Source: Takakia lepidozioides (taxonomy: Eukaryota > Plantae > Bryophyta). Taken from it: 64,000 nt of DNA. The notes under the pieces are model-generated. The model saw nothing but the letters and a program-made list of their open reading frames with translations, was not told the DNA's origin and did no database searches. Shown here piece by piece: positions 12,375-24,504 of this stretch. The stretch's first letter is position 1. Every line of letters starts with the position of its first letter. The position numbers and the translations under genes are program-made. The stretch spans positions 10,478,001 to 10,542,000 of the forward strand of contig CM060734.1 of assembly GCA_030704615.1 (NCBI GenBank), given 5' to 3'.

Positions 12375-14296
12375 CAAATTACTGTGTAGTAGAAAGAAAA
12401 TATTAAGCTTTTCTCAACTGAGGCATGACAAAATTTCAAAGAATGTGATGGATAGGCTTTAGGTACTGCACCTGTACACAACACGCATCATAGCCCACTC
12501 CCCTCCAACTTGACTGTCGAAATCGTTCGACCTCAATATGTTACCATCCTTGGAGAACTCGCAGAAGAAATAGTACCGCCATGTGAGACCTTTCCACTTT
12601 CTAATGTACGCCTCCAAGGTCATCTGTGGTGGTGAGACCAACGAAATATTCAAGTCCTTCAAATCTGCTGCTCCAGGACAAGAATGGCGCGTTTCTCCAG
12701 CTGCAAAGGGAACATCTATCAGAATTGCACATGACAAAGCCATAGGATAATCGATATACAATAGGCACTTCAATCCACAAATACCTGACTCCAAAATGTG
12801 GCCTGTGAAGCCAGTGATAAAAAACAATGTCACTTATTCCCTCGACCTTTGTGCCAGGCTGGATTGTGCTTTTTGGGAACTGATTCAGATCCTTCACCGT
12901 CTAATCCGAGTTCCAAATCTCAAGCCATCTAACTTATGTCTGGGGGTCGACCATGGAGAGAGCCAGCCTGTGCAATTTCTCCTGTTGCATCTCTGGATGT
13001 ACATGCTTGTCATAGTGGGCTTTGATTTGGAGAAGGAACTCCTCCCCAAGTCCGGGATCCACTATTCTCAACTGCTTCAGGAAGGCGGACATCAGCTTCG
13101 TCCTCCTTATCTCGTACTCCTTCTTTATGGCTGCTCCAACACCTTTAGCATTCCTCAGCTCTTCTGCTGTAGTGCGGTAGTACTCAGATTTCCCCCTCTC
13201 GGCGGCCTCTGCCAGATCTTGCTGCATGTAACAACGATTGGATTAGAACACAGAGGATTACAAATTTGTTTTGAAGAAGACAGGAAGATGTGGGTTGGGC
13301 CATATCGCATACATATACTCCAAAAATGCATCTCGGGTCAACGAGTACCAGGTCCCTACAGCTCTCCCTGTTTCACACTTCTTGATTACATCAGGATGTA
13401 GCACTGTGCGGAACTCATCAAGCTTTATCAAACCAATTCTCTGAATACGGAAAAGTGTGTGGACCAAGCTCGTAGTAACATGCGATTTCTCTGTCGATCT
13501 GCAAACGGGGAATAGACATTGTACAGGTAAGAACTCTTTTACGTTTGGACTTGAAATGCGCACAACATGCAATTTGAAAAGCAGTGGGGTTTTTAGGATG
13601 TCCTACTTGTTCACGTCATGCATAACTGTCAGAAGTCTTGTCGTTCCCAGGATCCAGAACCGTTGCCTGCACAACACAATGCTTGTCCTGGTCTTTTGAA
13701 TGGTGTTTTCGCAATGTACCCCATCCAAGCTAGAAGACGATGGTTCCCGTCCCAGACATAGAACATGTGGTTGCAGAACTGCTGGGTGTTATGTCCAAGT
13801 AGCAGGGAGTCCTCGAATTTGTCATGTACATCCTTTCAGCAGTCATCCCAGTTGTCCGTTATCTCTGGGCTCACTTTTGTGCTGTTACCATTTGTATCCT
13901 TTAGTGAGACGTAGAAAACTTGTGCATCCATTCTGTACGCGAGCACGAAATCTGTTTCCAACTTGGTAATGTCATGCGAAAGTGGAGGACAAACAACAGA
14001 CATTGAGATCATCCGGCAGAGAGGGATTTCAAGACATCCTCCAGAGACAATCATGTCCCGAATAACCTCCTGGGAATTTACCTTCTGATATGACATAAGT
14101 TCTTTCACCTTGTCAAGGTAGTGCAATTCAGGCTCGTCTGTGCCTTCGCTATTCTCAGAACTCTTCGTGGAGTCGTCCCATTCTCCAGAGCCCTTTGCTT
14201 TTGTTTCTCCCTGCTTAGACTTTACTTTTTTCTGCATTCCCAAAACCCACAAGAGCAACATTCAACTGGTGTTCAGGAAACAGACATTTTTACACA

Positions 14297-15653
14297 GTGA
14301 TGATCGGTACGGACCATCACTTTGTCTTCTAACAAATGAATGGAAAATTTACTTGGTTTCCCAATGCACATTCACTCAGTTCTCACTAGACTGCGATGAT
14401 CGGTGGCGACCATCGCAATCCGCAATTGGCAATGATGCACACAACAAGTTTGCCAAACTCATGTTACAAATGACAGTCAATGAATAGTGACGATCGGTAC
14501 CGATCATCACTTTCTGCATGTTCAGAAGAAGACTTCAGACACCCCGTTGTCTTTTAAAAAATTCAACTGATAGTGATGATCGGTGGCGATCATCAATACC
14601 TGCCATTGAAAACGACACATCCTAAAGTTTCAAACCACATTCGGAATGACAAGGATGATGCAAGCGATGGTCGGTACTGATCATCACAACACAACAGCCC
14701 TGGGATGCACACATCCACGAGGTTTGAATGTGATAGTCGGCACCGATCATCAAATTTTTTTAAGAATCCCTTCTTTCACTCACTGAGCTTTTTAGCGAAG
14801 GAATTGTCCTGGAAGCGATGACCGCCACCGATCATCGCTTTTGGGTCACTGCTATTCCTCCTATGAATTGCCTGGACCTCTTACATCCTAAAACTTTACA
14901 GTTTGCAAAGGGTTGGTCTCCTCTTTTGGATTCTGGTGTAGTGCCCAATCAGTTCAAAAAGTGATGATCGGTACCGATCATCACAATCAGACTGCCCTGG
15001 GAAGCACAACCCATGAGGTCTGAATGTGATGGTCGGCACTGATCATCACTCTCCTACAGAATCCCGCCTTTCAGTGTATGAGATTTTGAGCAAAGAAATG
15101 GACTTGGAAGCGATGATCGCCACCGATCATCGCTTTTCTGTCACTGCAATTCCAGATCTGAGAAGTGGGATGGACCTTGTACATCGTAAAGCATTTCATT
15201 TTACAAAGGGTTGCATTGCTATTTTGGATTTTGGGGTAATATCCAGTCATCACAGAAAGTGATGATCGTAACCAATCATCACAATCAGACTGCCGTGGGA
15301 TGCACAACCCATGAGGTCTGAATGTGATGGTCGGCACCGACCATCACTTTCTGAGAACCACGCCATTGCCAAACTGGTCTGAACAAGAAGGGAATGGACC
15401 TGAAAGCGATGATCGCCACCGATCATAGCTTTTACGTCATTGCAAGATGCAACTTAAGTTGCCTGACACTCTTGCATCACCATGAAATTGGCCTTCTAGG
15501 CTTACATAAAGCAATGGCGAAGGTGATGGTCAACACCGATCATCACTTTCCTCGTGAAATGTATACTTGCCTGCCTGCCTGCCTTCCTGAATCTACTGAA
15601 CTACAACACCAACTACATTATTCTGTAAAGCGGTGATCGCCACCGATCATCGC
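14297..15653. repeat. Array of 15 interspersed 24-bp palindromes in the large intron, partly a ~298-bp higher-order repeat
   Basis: Copies start at 14297, 14393, 14487, 14573, 14664, 14730, 14815, 14961 (perfect), 15026, 15110, 15259, 15324, 15406, 15523 and 15630. The triplets starting 14664/14961/15259 repeat together with their spacers. Confidence 0.95.
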
Positions 15654-17000
15654 TTGTCCCACCTCTGGGGACCATCAGTAAAGAGGAAGAAGTGCGTGTG
15701 AGACAACTTATGGATCCCTTCGCCTTCTTCGGCTTCGTGGCTGCATCGCTCGGATCGCCCTCTTCTGCTTTCTTCTTCCCTTTTCCGAACACAAGATAAA
15801 CCATGTTCTTGAATCCTAGATGGAAGGGAAAACATCCAGACTAATGAAAACAACAGTATGTGGATATGGAGTGCTCACCATTTCTGTCTGATGTAGGGTT
15901 CGCAGACTTCCTCCCTGTATGGCGTCCTCTGCTCCTCCCCCTGTTCTCTTGTCTTTGGGAATGAACTCGGCTGGCACTGTTTGGTTACCTACGCTCATTG
16001 CTCCCGCCATCGCTACGACTGCGGCGACCTCACTCTCACTTCCCATATGCTCTTCTGCTTGACCTGTCTCCACGTTCACATGCTGCCTAAGCCCTGCACC
16101 ATCTTGCATGCGACGCCTCGTCATTTGCTCTCTTGATCTCAGCCTCTCTCTAAGCAATGTAAAATACAATGACTTCCTTCTCTTCCGAACCGAACAAGGA
16201 ACCCTCTCCAGCTTGACTACCTCTCTTCCTCTGCTTGCAGAAACAAGAAAGATGAACAGACTCGCTTTCGTGCACGGTTCCGTCGTTTTGGGAGTGTCCC
16301 TGGAACCGTCGGATTCCCTCTTGCATGTCTGATATGTGAATGTACGTTTTCAGTGTAAATGGCGTAACCTAATTGGGACAACTGTTCCTTTACGCGGCTG
16401 TTTTGCGTTGTTGGCGTGTGCAAACATAAAATAGACACGTGTCTTTTTTGTGACGGCTTCATTAATATCACCGTACATCATCATAGATGAGGATTCTCAA
16501 AGTAGTTAGGATGAGGCCTACCTAGGATTTCAGGGAATATGCGTACGTAGAGAGTTCTGGGCCATTTGATGCATAATCCTGAAAGCTTAAAGATGATCAG
16601 GCATAGTGAATGTAGTCATGGCCGGACAGATGATCTAAGTACTTTAATTATCTTGCCATCATCCCTGCATCAGATCCTTTGGCAATCTTCAAGGAAGTCG
16701 GCGGGTTTTTATTGTTTTGGGGTGACTCTCAGAAATTGGTTGGATCATTTGTCAAAGTTGCTCAGAAGACAATGCAGACTGCAGCTCACACACGTTAATT
16801 TGACGGCGGATTGTCAGGAACCGTCCTGCGTAACTTCACGGGTGACTATGTGAAATAACAAAATATGCACAATCTTCATGGAACGGGTGCTTCCGCCGCA
16901 TTTCTTGTGCACCTGTTTGCCCAATGTGGTGCAAAACTGAGTCATCTAATTTCGCAAAAGAGCAGCTCAGGAATGAGAACCCCCCGCGCGAGGACGTAAC

Positions 17001-20000
17001 ATGGCTTCCTCCGAAGCAGAGTTCTTTTCTGATGACAAACCAGTGCCTTTCTCCAAAGATGCCCTTGACAATGGATTCACAATTGTTCTGGAACATGTCT
17101 TGGCTACCCGGTTTGAGCTTCAGAATGGCTCTATCTTCTTGGAGAAAGAGGTGTACGATTTGGACGGGAAGTTGTTGAAATACTCGTTCCAAAACCGTGA
17201 TGATACGGCTCATGTCAGCCAGTGGAAAGTGCGCCCTGGTAGATACAGAGTATTTGGAGAGCCTCGGCGAAAGTCCCTTGGATCATATGTGACGCCCGGG
17301 ACTGCTGCTTCGGTCGTTGAAGACAAAAGGGAGGTGGTGGTGAAAAAAGAACAGACGTCCTCCACTCCAATCGTTGAGCTTTCGGATTCGTCCGATGATG
17401 ACATAAGTGAGATTCCAACTCCAGTCCTTGCTACGGTAGTTGTGGAAGTGGATGAAGAAGAGATTTGTAGTGTCATTCCAAAACTACGGGCGATGGGAGG
17501 AATGGCAGGTTTTAAAAGTGAGTTGCGGGGAATTGATTGGGAATCTTTGAAGCAGGTGCCAGTGAAGTTCCTGCCAGAGACTTTTGATGGGGATATCCTA
17601 TTCGAGCTGCCTCCTCCTCCGTGAGTTGGAGGTATAACAAGCATGATGCACAGAATGGACAAGAAACACGACGGGCACCCATGGTGCAGAACAAAAATAT
17701 CCAATATTCAAAATGAAGACAAGCTTGTTTTCAGGAGAACAGTTTGCAATGGACACCTTAGGTGTGATAATTTGAATTGCAGACATTTTTTTCAGTCTGG
17801 GGTTCATAATCAAAGCAAGTGGGAGGGTCTCGCGGAAAATCCATTTAAGTCTGGGGCTGCTCCTCCACCGGCAAACACTTTCGTCTGCAAATTCTGCAAA
17901 CTTGTATCATCCTGCCTGGCACTGTGTGAAGCAAGAATGTACTATGTCATCCACCGTTTGAAAACAATGACAAGAGCTTGTGTGCATTTCGGTTTCCATA
18001 ACCATCATGTCTCGAAGGGGGATTATAGGGAGAGTGTTGAGACAGTTTCGAGGTTGATTAAACAAGAGTACGAGAACAACCTATCCACAACAACATTTGC
18101 AATTGCTCTTGGCGCAAGCAAGTCCTTTTTGGAAAGCCATATTTTGAGTGAAGGGGATTCTGTGGGGACTAAACTTGACGATCCAGCATGGGACATTGTC
18201 ATGGATCATTTCTCCACTTTGAGTTCACCCAACATTCGGCATCAGATCAATGCATTGAGAATTGGCTCTGGGATCAGAGGCTACATAGACAACATTTTGG
18301 AATTGAAACGACAGAGCAAGTACGACTACATCCAGGACAATGTTTTTCCAGGTCAAGGTGCCACCAAAGTATTTCTTTTCAAAATGTCGACTGCTGGGGA
18401 GGGCAGTGGGGTTAGCCTCGTGAAGCGGATGCAGAAGACTAGGGACCTGCAGAATTGTTTTCTTATGTTTGATCATGTGAAACGAGTGAAAGATTGGACG
18501 ACAATGGATTGTCATGTGTATGATCCAGTGTACCAATGAGTTATGACAATTGCAGTTTGTGACATGCAATCCGAGGATACGGAATCCTAGAAGCTAATGT
18601 GGAATTCCCTGATACGTGTTATGGGCTGCTATGGGGTGCCATCTCCAAATTTTGCTGGTTTCATGGCAGATAGTGCTCAGGCAAATTTCAATGCTGTTCG
18701 AATTGTCTTCGGATCAGGCGACCCAAAAGTGTCAATGCAGGGAAGAGAGCGTACATGTCTATTCCATTGGACACAATCTCTAGAGAAACATACGAAGTCG
18801 GACATCAAACCAGAGATGCTAGAACAATGAAGGAGGCGGACACTTTGTTCCAGACAATTCGTGCCTGGTGGTTCTCTTCTGGAGCTGCATCGCTTGAGAG
18901 TATGAGAGCATTGGAAGATTGGCTGGCGTTTTGGCACTTCCAGTATAGACAGTGGGGAGCAGCCATGACAATGGTGCGTGGCTTCTATTGCTTGCTTTAT
19001 TCATACCTTTACTTTCCAAATTTTGCTCTGCTTGCTTTCTTTATGTTGTTCCATGTCCGCTGTTCTGAAGCGTGGTTTTCCACTTTGCAGAACATGTCCA
19101 TTGAGGAAATGGCGGACATGCCATCTTGCAATGTGGCAGAGACTGTGCACAACGCATGGTTGCAACAGTCTGGGAAACGAGGTCGGGATTTGTATGTGGC
19201 AACAACAGATGATCTGATACGTGCCTTGCAACAATAAACCAGATACCGTGATTTCTTCGAGGTGGGGTTGGTGGCAAGGGTCCGGACAAATTGGAGTTGA
19301 TGTTGCGTGCTGCAAGCAGATCTGGGGATCCAAGCAAGATAGCATGGGCGGTGAGCATGTATGCCCAGGGAACGCCACTTATTTCTAGAGTTCCACATCT
19401 TGAAGGGGATGAGAGATTCGGCTCCTGTAAGAGGAAATTGAACCTGGTTCGGATTCCGATTCCCACAGGACAGACCGTGATAACTTCTCGAAGCCTCGTG
19501 TTCCCCTGCATGACAGATCCATGTCCGGAACCTACATTCTGGAGGAACCTCTGTCACGATGGCAGGCTCCAACATCAAACAATACCACTGAAATGGTGCA
19601 GGAGAGAAACTTCCCCCCTGATGTGTTGGAGTCCGCATGCCCCGACCACGTTTGACACATAGAACGCACAAGTGCAGGGTCTCGTGTAAAATGTGCAGCG
19701 ATTAGGGCAACTAATTTTGAAAATGCACTTCATCTATATCCAGAGGCGGTGCCCGGACTCCTGCTCCGACTTTCACGGGTTTGATGCGTCCATACGGCCA
19801 ACCAGAAGCCAAGAACCACAAGTTCTGGTTCTGTGTAGATGATTGTGGTAGATGTGTGCATGGAACTGTGCGACCTTCCGTGGTGATGAAGCCAGCTCCT
19901 CCAACCGTTTGGCCCGTCAAGGTAGGAACACATCTCACAAGTCAGGAGATTGCAATGCTGGAGGAGGCAGGCTTTTCCCTTGCAAGACAACCCCAACTGC

Positions 20001-20467
20001 ATGCGTCTGCTTCTACTTCCGCATCTTGTCCGGTCCCTCCGGCAAATCCTCACTTGTGGCCAACCAAACGAGATGGAAAGCTGGTTCGGCGTTTCCTTCC
20101 AACCGCAGAACACTTCGGCAAAGTGGAGTCCGCAAAAATGCTCCAAGCTCGTGTTGCAAGCACCACGGAAGTGCCCGATCCAGGGTATGGTCGGGTGTAC
20201 ACAATGATCACTTTGACATCTGCTGTTCATGACAGGGCCTACGACATCACAGTTGCCAATTTCCCCAATTGCACCTGTCCTCATTTTGTGAATATACTAT
20301 CAACCAGTTTGGGCAAGAGAGGAAAATTCATACCTTGCAAACATTTGTATTTCATATTTTTGAAGAGGATGGTTTGCGATCCCAAGCGTGACAACTTTGT
20401 TCACCAGGCCACTCTGAGTTTCAACGAGGTCGATACTCTATTGCAACGGGATACAACACATAGGTAG
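17001..20467 (+). pseudogene. MULE-family transposase with GCM/WRKY-like Zn DNA-binding domain and C-terminal SWIM finger, disrupted
   Basis: One frame from 17001 to 18830, interrupted by stops at 17622, 18537 and 18588. Motifs: HDGHPW...CNGHLRC...C...CVHFGFHNH (GCM-like); FLMFDHVKR, FMADSAQANFNAV, CLFHWTQS and CNVAETVHN (MULE DDE core with CxxH); CTCPHF...PCKHLYFI (SWIM). Intron at ~18974-19090. Confidence 0.88.
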
Positions 20468-21205
20468 CATCAACTATCACTTTGTCTATCTGGAATGTGG
20501 TGAATGTGCAATCTGGAATCTGCAATCTGAAATGTGTTTTTTATGGACTGTGAGTATGCAATGTGGTATGTGGACGACCACGCTATGAAATGTGCAATTT
20601 GCAACATTGTCATGGAAATTCAATTCAAATCAATTCATTTGCAACATCGTCGGCGGTGCAATGATATGTCATCCCTTATCCCTCCATTATGCTTCCAACT
20701 ATACTGAGTGAGCTCTGAGTGACAACTTTTAAAAGCACATGCATCATTGCACCTTTCGAAGTCTACATGTTTTCCTGTCGCTATGCATTGCAATCATCTT
20801 TTGAAGATGATCCCAACTCTCATTGTTATTTGGGGAGGGAGCAAGGTCTTCCCGTGGCAGCCTCTATGGCGCACATTTTGTGAGGATATTTTCTCGTCCT
20901 TGTAATTGTAAAAGTGAAACAAACAATTGTAATTGCATAATGTTAGATGCTACAATTGTAGGCCTCATGGTAATCCTGATTGTATTCAGCCAAGGATTCC
21001 CTGCATTAATCCCACGGTCATAGGACCATCCTCGGTTATAGGCGGCGCATGTTCATGTTGACGTGGCAGATGACGGCGCAGTGCCACATCAGCATTTGTC
21101 GCCATATCAGCCTGATGACATCACGCTCACGCCACGTCACTCCTGCGTGAGCGTACGCTCATGCGCAAGGCTCACGCCATTGCGTCGTTGAAAAAGAGAC
21201 TACTC

Positions 21206-23500
21206 CTCAAGGTAACACCCCTCCATATCAACCAGTGATTCGTCATACAATCATTGTACATGATCCATTCATAGAGACAGATGGGCATACACATGAGGAA
21301 GGGTCCACTCCGGCACCCGAGGATATAAATCCAACTCAGGAAACTGCAGTAAATATTCCAACTGATCGGGAGACTGCAATAAATATTCCAATTGATCAGG
21401 AGACTGTAGTAAATATTCCAACTAATCAGGAGACTACGGTGCCAGCACCTCAACGATATCCGACTCGTGAAAGACATGCACCTGATTGGCACAAGGATTA
21501 TATCATCTCTGGAATCACAAAGTCTGCAGCTCATGCAATCACCGTCACCGCCTCTGAGGAACCTGTGACTTTTGAACATGCATGCAAGGATCCAGCTTGG
21601 ATCTCTGCTATGATCGAGGAAATGCACAGTATTGATCGAAACTCTACATGGGATCTGGTAGACCTTCCAAGAGGAACGAAACCCATTAGTGCAAAATGGG
21701 TTTACAAGCTAAAACAAGGCTTAGGTGAAGCTCAACCAATCTACAAAGCTCGGTTGGTGGCTCGCGGATTTGAGCAACGTCAAGGAGTGGACTACGAGGA
21801 AACATTCGCCCCAGTGGCCAAGTGGAGCACTTTGAGAGCTCTAGTGGCCCTTGTAGCTTAACGGAACTGGCCCATGTATCACATGGATGTTAAAACAACA
21901 TTTCTCAATGGTCACCTAAAGCAGTTGGTCTACATGCTGCAGCCACAAGGTTTCATCGTCCAAGGAAAAGAGAGCAAGGTATGCAGACTCAACAAAACAC
22001 TCTACGGACTGAAGCAAGCTCCCCGTGAATGGTACGAAATAATAGACGCCTATCTTAAAGCTCAAGGTCTACATAGGAGTAATGCAGACTACAATCTATA
22101 TTATTGTATAGAAGATGGAAAGATTATGGTTATTGTCTTGTATGTAGACGACCTTCTCATTACTGGAGATCATGCTAAGAAAATCGAGTGGATACAGGCA
22201 CAGCTAAGCAAAAGGTTTGACATGACAAACATAGGCATCATGAATCACTATCTCCGCATTGAGTTTATCTATTTTGATAGTGGAATCTTTATGACGCAGA
22301 GAGTATATATATTGCAGCTATTGGAACAGTTTGGCATGTCAAACTGTAATCCAGCCTCAACACCTATGCTAGAGCAAGTAAAATTGGTAGCTGACATGGG
22401 GGGAGCTCCCGCTGACACACTCCTATATCAGACCATGGTAGGAAAGCTAATTTATCTTACAAACACCAGGCCTGACATTGCTTTTGCGGTAGGAGTGATC
22501 AGCCGTTTCATGACAGCCCCCTAGGAGGCTCATATGGCTGCAGCCAAACATGTTCTTAGATACCTCAAGGGTACAGTAGAATTTGGGTTGTTTTATGAAA
22601 AATGGGGAGAAATGAAGATAACAGGGTTTACCAATGCTGACTGGGCTGGAGATTCGGACACTAGAAGGTCCACAACATGCTACGTTTTTTACTTGGGCAA
22701 TGGGCCAATTACATGGGCGAGCAAGAGACAAGCAACTGTTGCATGCTCATCTACCGAGGCTGAATACCAAGCTCTAACGAAGGGAACGAAGGAAGCAATT
22801 TGGCTGAACAGATTGACCTCTGAACTGCAGATGACAACTGAAGCTTTGGTGTGATAACATGAGCAGCATCAAAATGGCAAAGAACCCGGTCTTCCATGGC
22901 TGAACAAAGCATATCGAGGTGCAACACCATTTTGTGAGGGAGAAGGTAAAATCTTCGGAGGTTGACCTTGCTCATGTTCCCACTGCAGAACAGATCGCAG
23001 ACATACTAACCAAACCTCTTGGAAAGGCAAAATTTCAGAAACTTAGGTCACGGTTAGGTGTGTGTTCGCTATCTAGTTTGCAGCATCCGAAGTGAGTGAA
23101 TATGAGAAATGAACAGAGGATTCGATCAAGAGGAGGCATCGGTCCTGTCAAACACGTCACTTTGAGAACACGAAGAAGACTCCCTGATCGATTGGCTGAA
23201 CACTTTGACCGAGGCATAAGAAGGAACCGAGAATGCTCTTACCCTCACCATGGCCAAAGAAATACTCTTTCTTTAAGCTAATGGACTCTCTGACACTGTT
23301 ATGAGAACATGAGAGTGAGAGGAGGTGTTGGAACTACCCACTCTTCATGTTTCAGCACTTATTATTTAGTGTGGCTTGGGTTCTTAGTGTAGCTTCTCTT
23401 ATCATAATTAGCAGTGACACTTGTAATTCCTTGCTTTGTGTAGATGTGCTCATTATCAGGTAGTGAGACCCCACTTGTTAGCTCAGGTCAAGGGCAAACA
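21206..23500 (+). mobile_element. Ty1/Copia LTR retrotransposon, 3' half (RT, RNase H, PPT, 3' LTR), decayed
   Basis: EEPVTF...KWVYKLK...YKARLVARGF, HMDVKTTFLNG, LYGLKQAPREW, LYVDDLL, ADWAGD and HIEVQHHFVRE, with in-frame stops. Polypurine tract GAGAGTGAGAGGAGG (23311-23325) is followed by TGTTGG at 23326. LTR right end is approximate. Confidence 0.93.
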
Positions 23501-24504
23501 GTGGTCCCTCTCAATATTTATAGGAACCTCCTGTGCTCTCTGTTTCTCGACTTGTTTTAGTTTACGAATCCAATAGTAGCTGGGGCAATGCGGTTTCCTC
23601 ATCCTCCCCAAGACTTGAACGTCCGCACGTACCCACACATGAAGGGCCGCCTTACATTAGGGGCCAAGAGTATAGCCTGGGCCAAAATCCGTGTGATCCT
23701 ATTGGTCGGTTTTTCATCTTGGCTCAGCTTGGCTTTACACTTGCTCCAAAGGTCAAAACAATTTAATCCTACTTGGCGCCTTCATGGCCCTAGCCAATCA
23801 CAACCCGCCACCAAGCTGCTGCTTGCCCGGGAAGGTTTATTTTAGTGAAGGGGCAGCAGCTCCCAAACACTTCTTCGAGTAGTTCTTCACGTGTCTTGTA
23901 ATATTTTTTAAGCAATCAGTAGTGAGATTTCTATCTTGGCTTGGTTTGGTACTGGCACAATCATTGTACAGTTCAACTTTCACTTTCATCTCCTCCACCA
24001 CACCTCTGGGCCGGCTGATATAGCAACACTTTCAACCCTACAGTTAAAACCTACTTCACTTTTCAAAACTCTTCCATGGTGTGTGGGGCTTCCAAGAGCA
24101 CATGGCAAGTTCGACATAACGAGGGGACTCCCAAATGGACTGACACCTTCTACAGCATGAGGCCCCTCGGCCAACTTGAATTGCTCAATAGCCAGCTCCC
24201 TCATACGCTTGGGCGCTCCATTTTGGTTTGGTCCCTGGTGGGGGCCAAACATTAAATTCTTTTGAAGTTCAGATACCAAGGAAGGGGCTGAGATATATCC
24301 ATTTTGGCCCAGTGAAATCTTGGCCTTGGTCCCGGTTGACCCAGTTATCCCCGTTCTATACCTGGGATGACCATGATGGGTGACATCCAACTTACACATA
24401 TGTGGCTTTTGAACCTATGACCACTTGTAAGGCGGTTTTGTGCCCTAACCACTGGGCCATCTGTTGGATGCTTGTTCTGTTGTAATATGATGGGTGTGAT
24501 CACA

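Larger units (their letters stand above)
11571..16108 (-). pseudogene. Spliced ParB/Srx-like domain protein gene with KE-rich C-terminal region (transposon accessory gene), disrupted
   Basis: Exon blocks at ~16108-15879, ~15817-15711, 14231-~13606, ~13498-13304, ~13221-12467 and ~12067-11571. Reading through a TGG>TGA stop gives IPLCRMISMSVVCPP...FYVS...HMFYVWDGNHRLLAWMGYI (DGNHR motif region 13737-13766), the DG(N/H)HR signature of ParB/sulfiredoxin-like domains. Several stops, frameshifts and GT>AT donors are present. Confidence 0.7.
11571..21205. mobile_element. Decayed Mutator-like (MULE) DNA transposon with two divergent genes; left end missing
   Basis: A MULE transposase on + and an accessory gene on - share a ~900-bp intergenic region. 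A GC-rich terminal-like segment (GACGTGGC/GCCACGTC, GCGTGAGC/GCTCACGC) at ~21050-21205 abuts Copia internal sequence. No paired TIR or TSD is visible. Confidence 0.75.

Noticed and set aside
14297-15653. CRISPR-like appearance (palindromic repeats with spacers)
   Set aside because: Spacers vary from ~40 to 125 bp and are themselves repeated in a 298-bp higher-order unit. The array is intronic in a eukaryotic TE and no cas genes are present.
21330-21440. 30-bp tandem repeat (NIPTDRETAI-like, x3-4)
   Set aside because: Ordinary low-complexity linker between Copia integrase and RT.
23900-24470. 137-aa minus-strand ORF or possible LTR remnant
   Set aside because: No protein motif and no definable LTR ends; probably TE debris.
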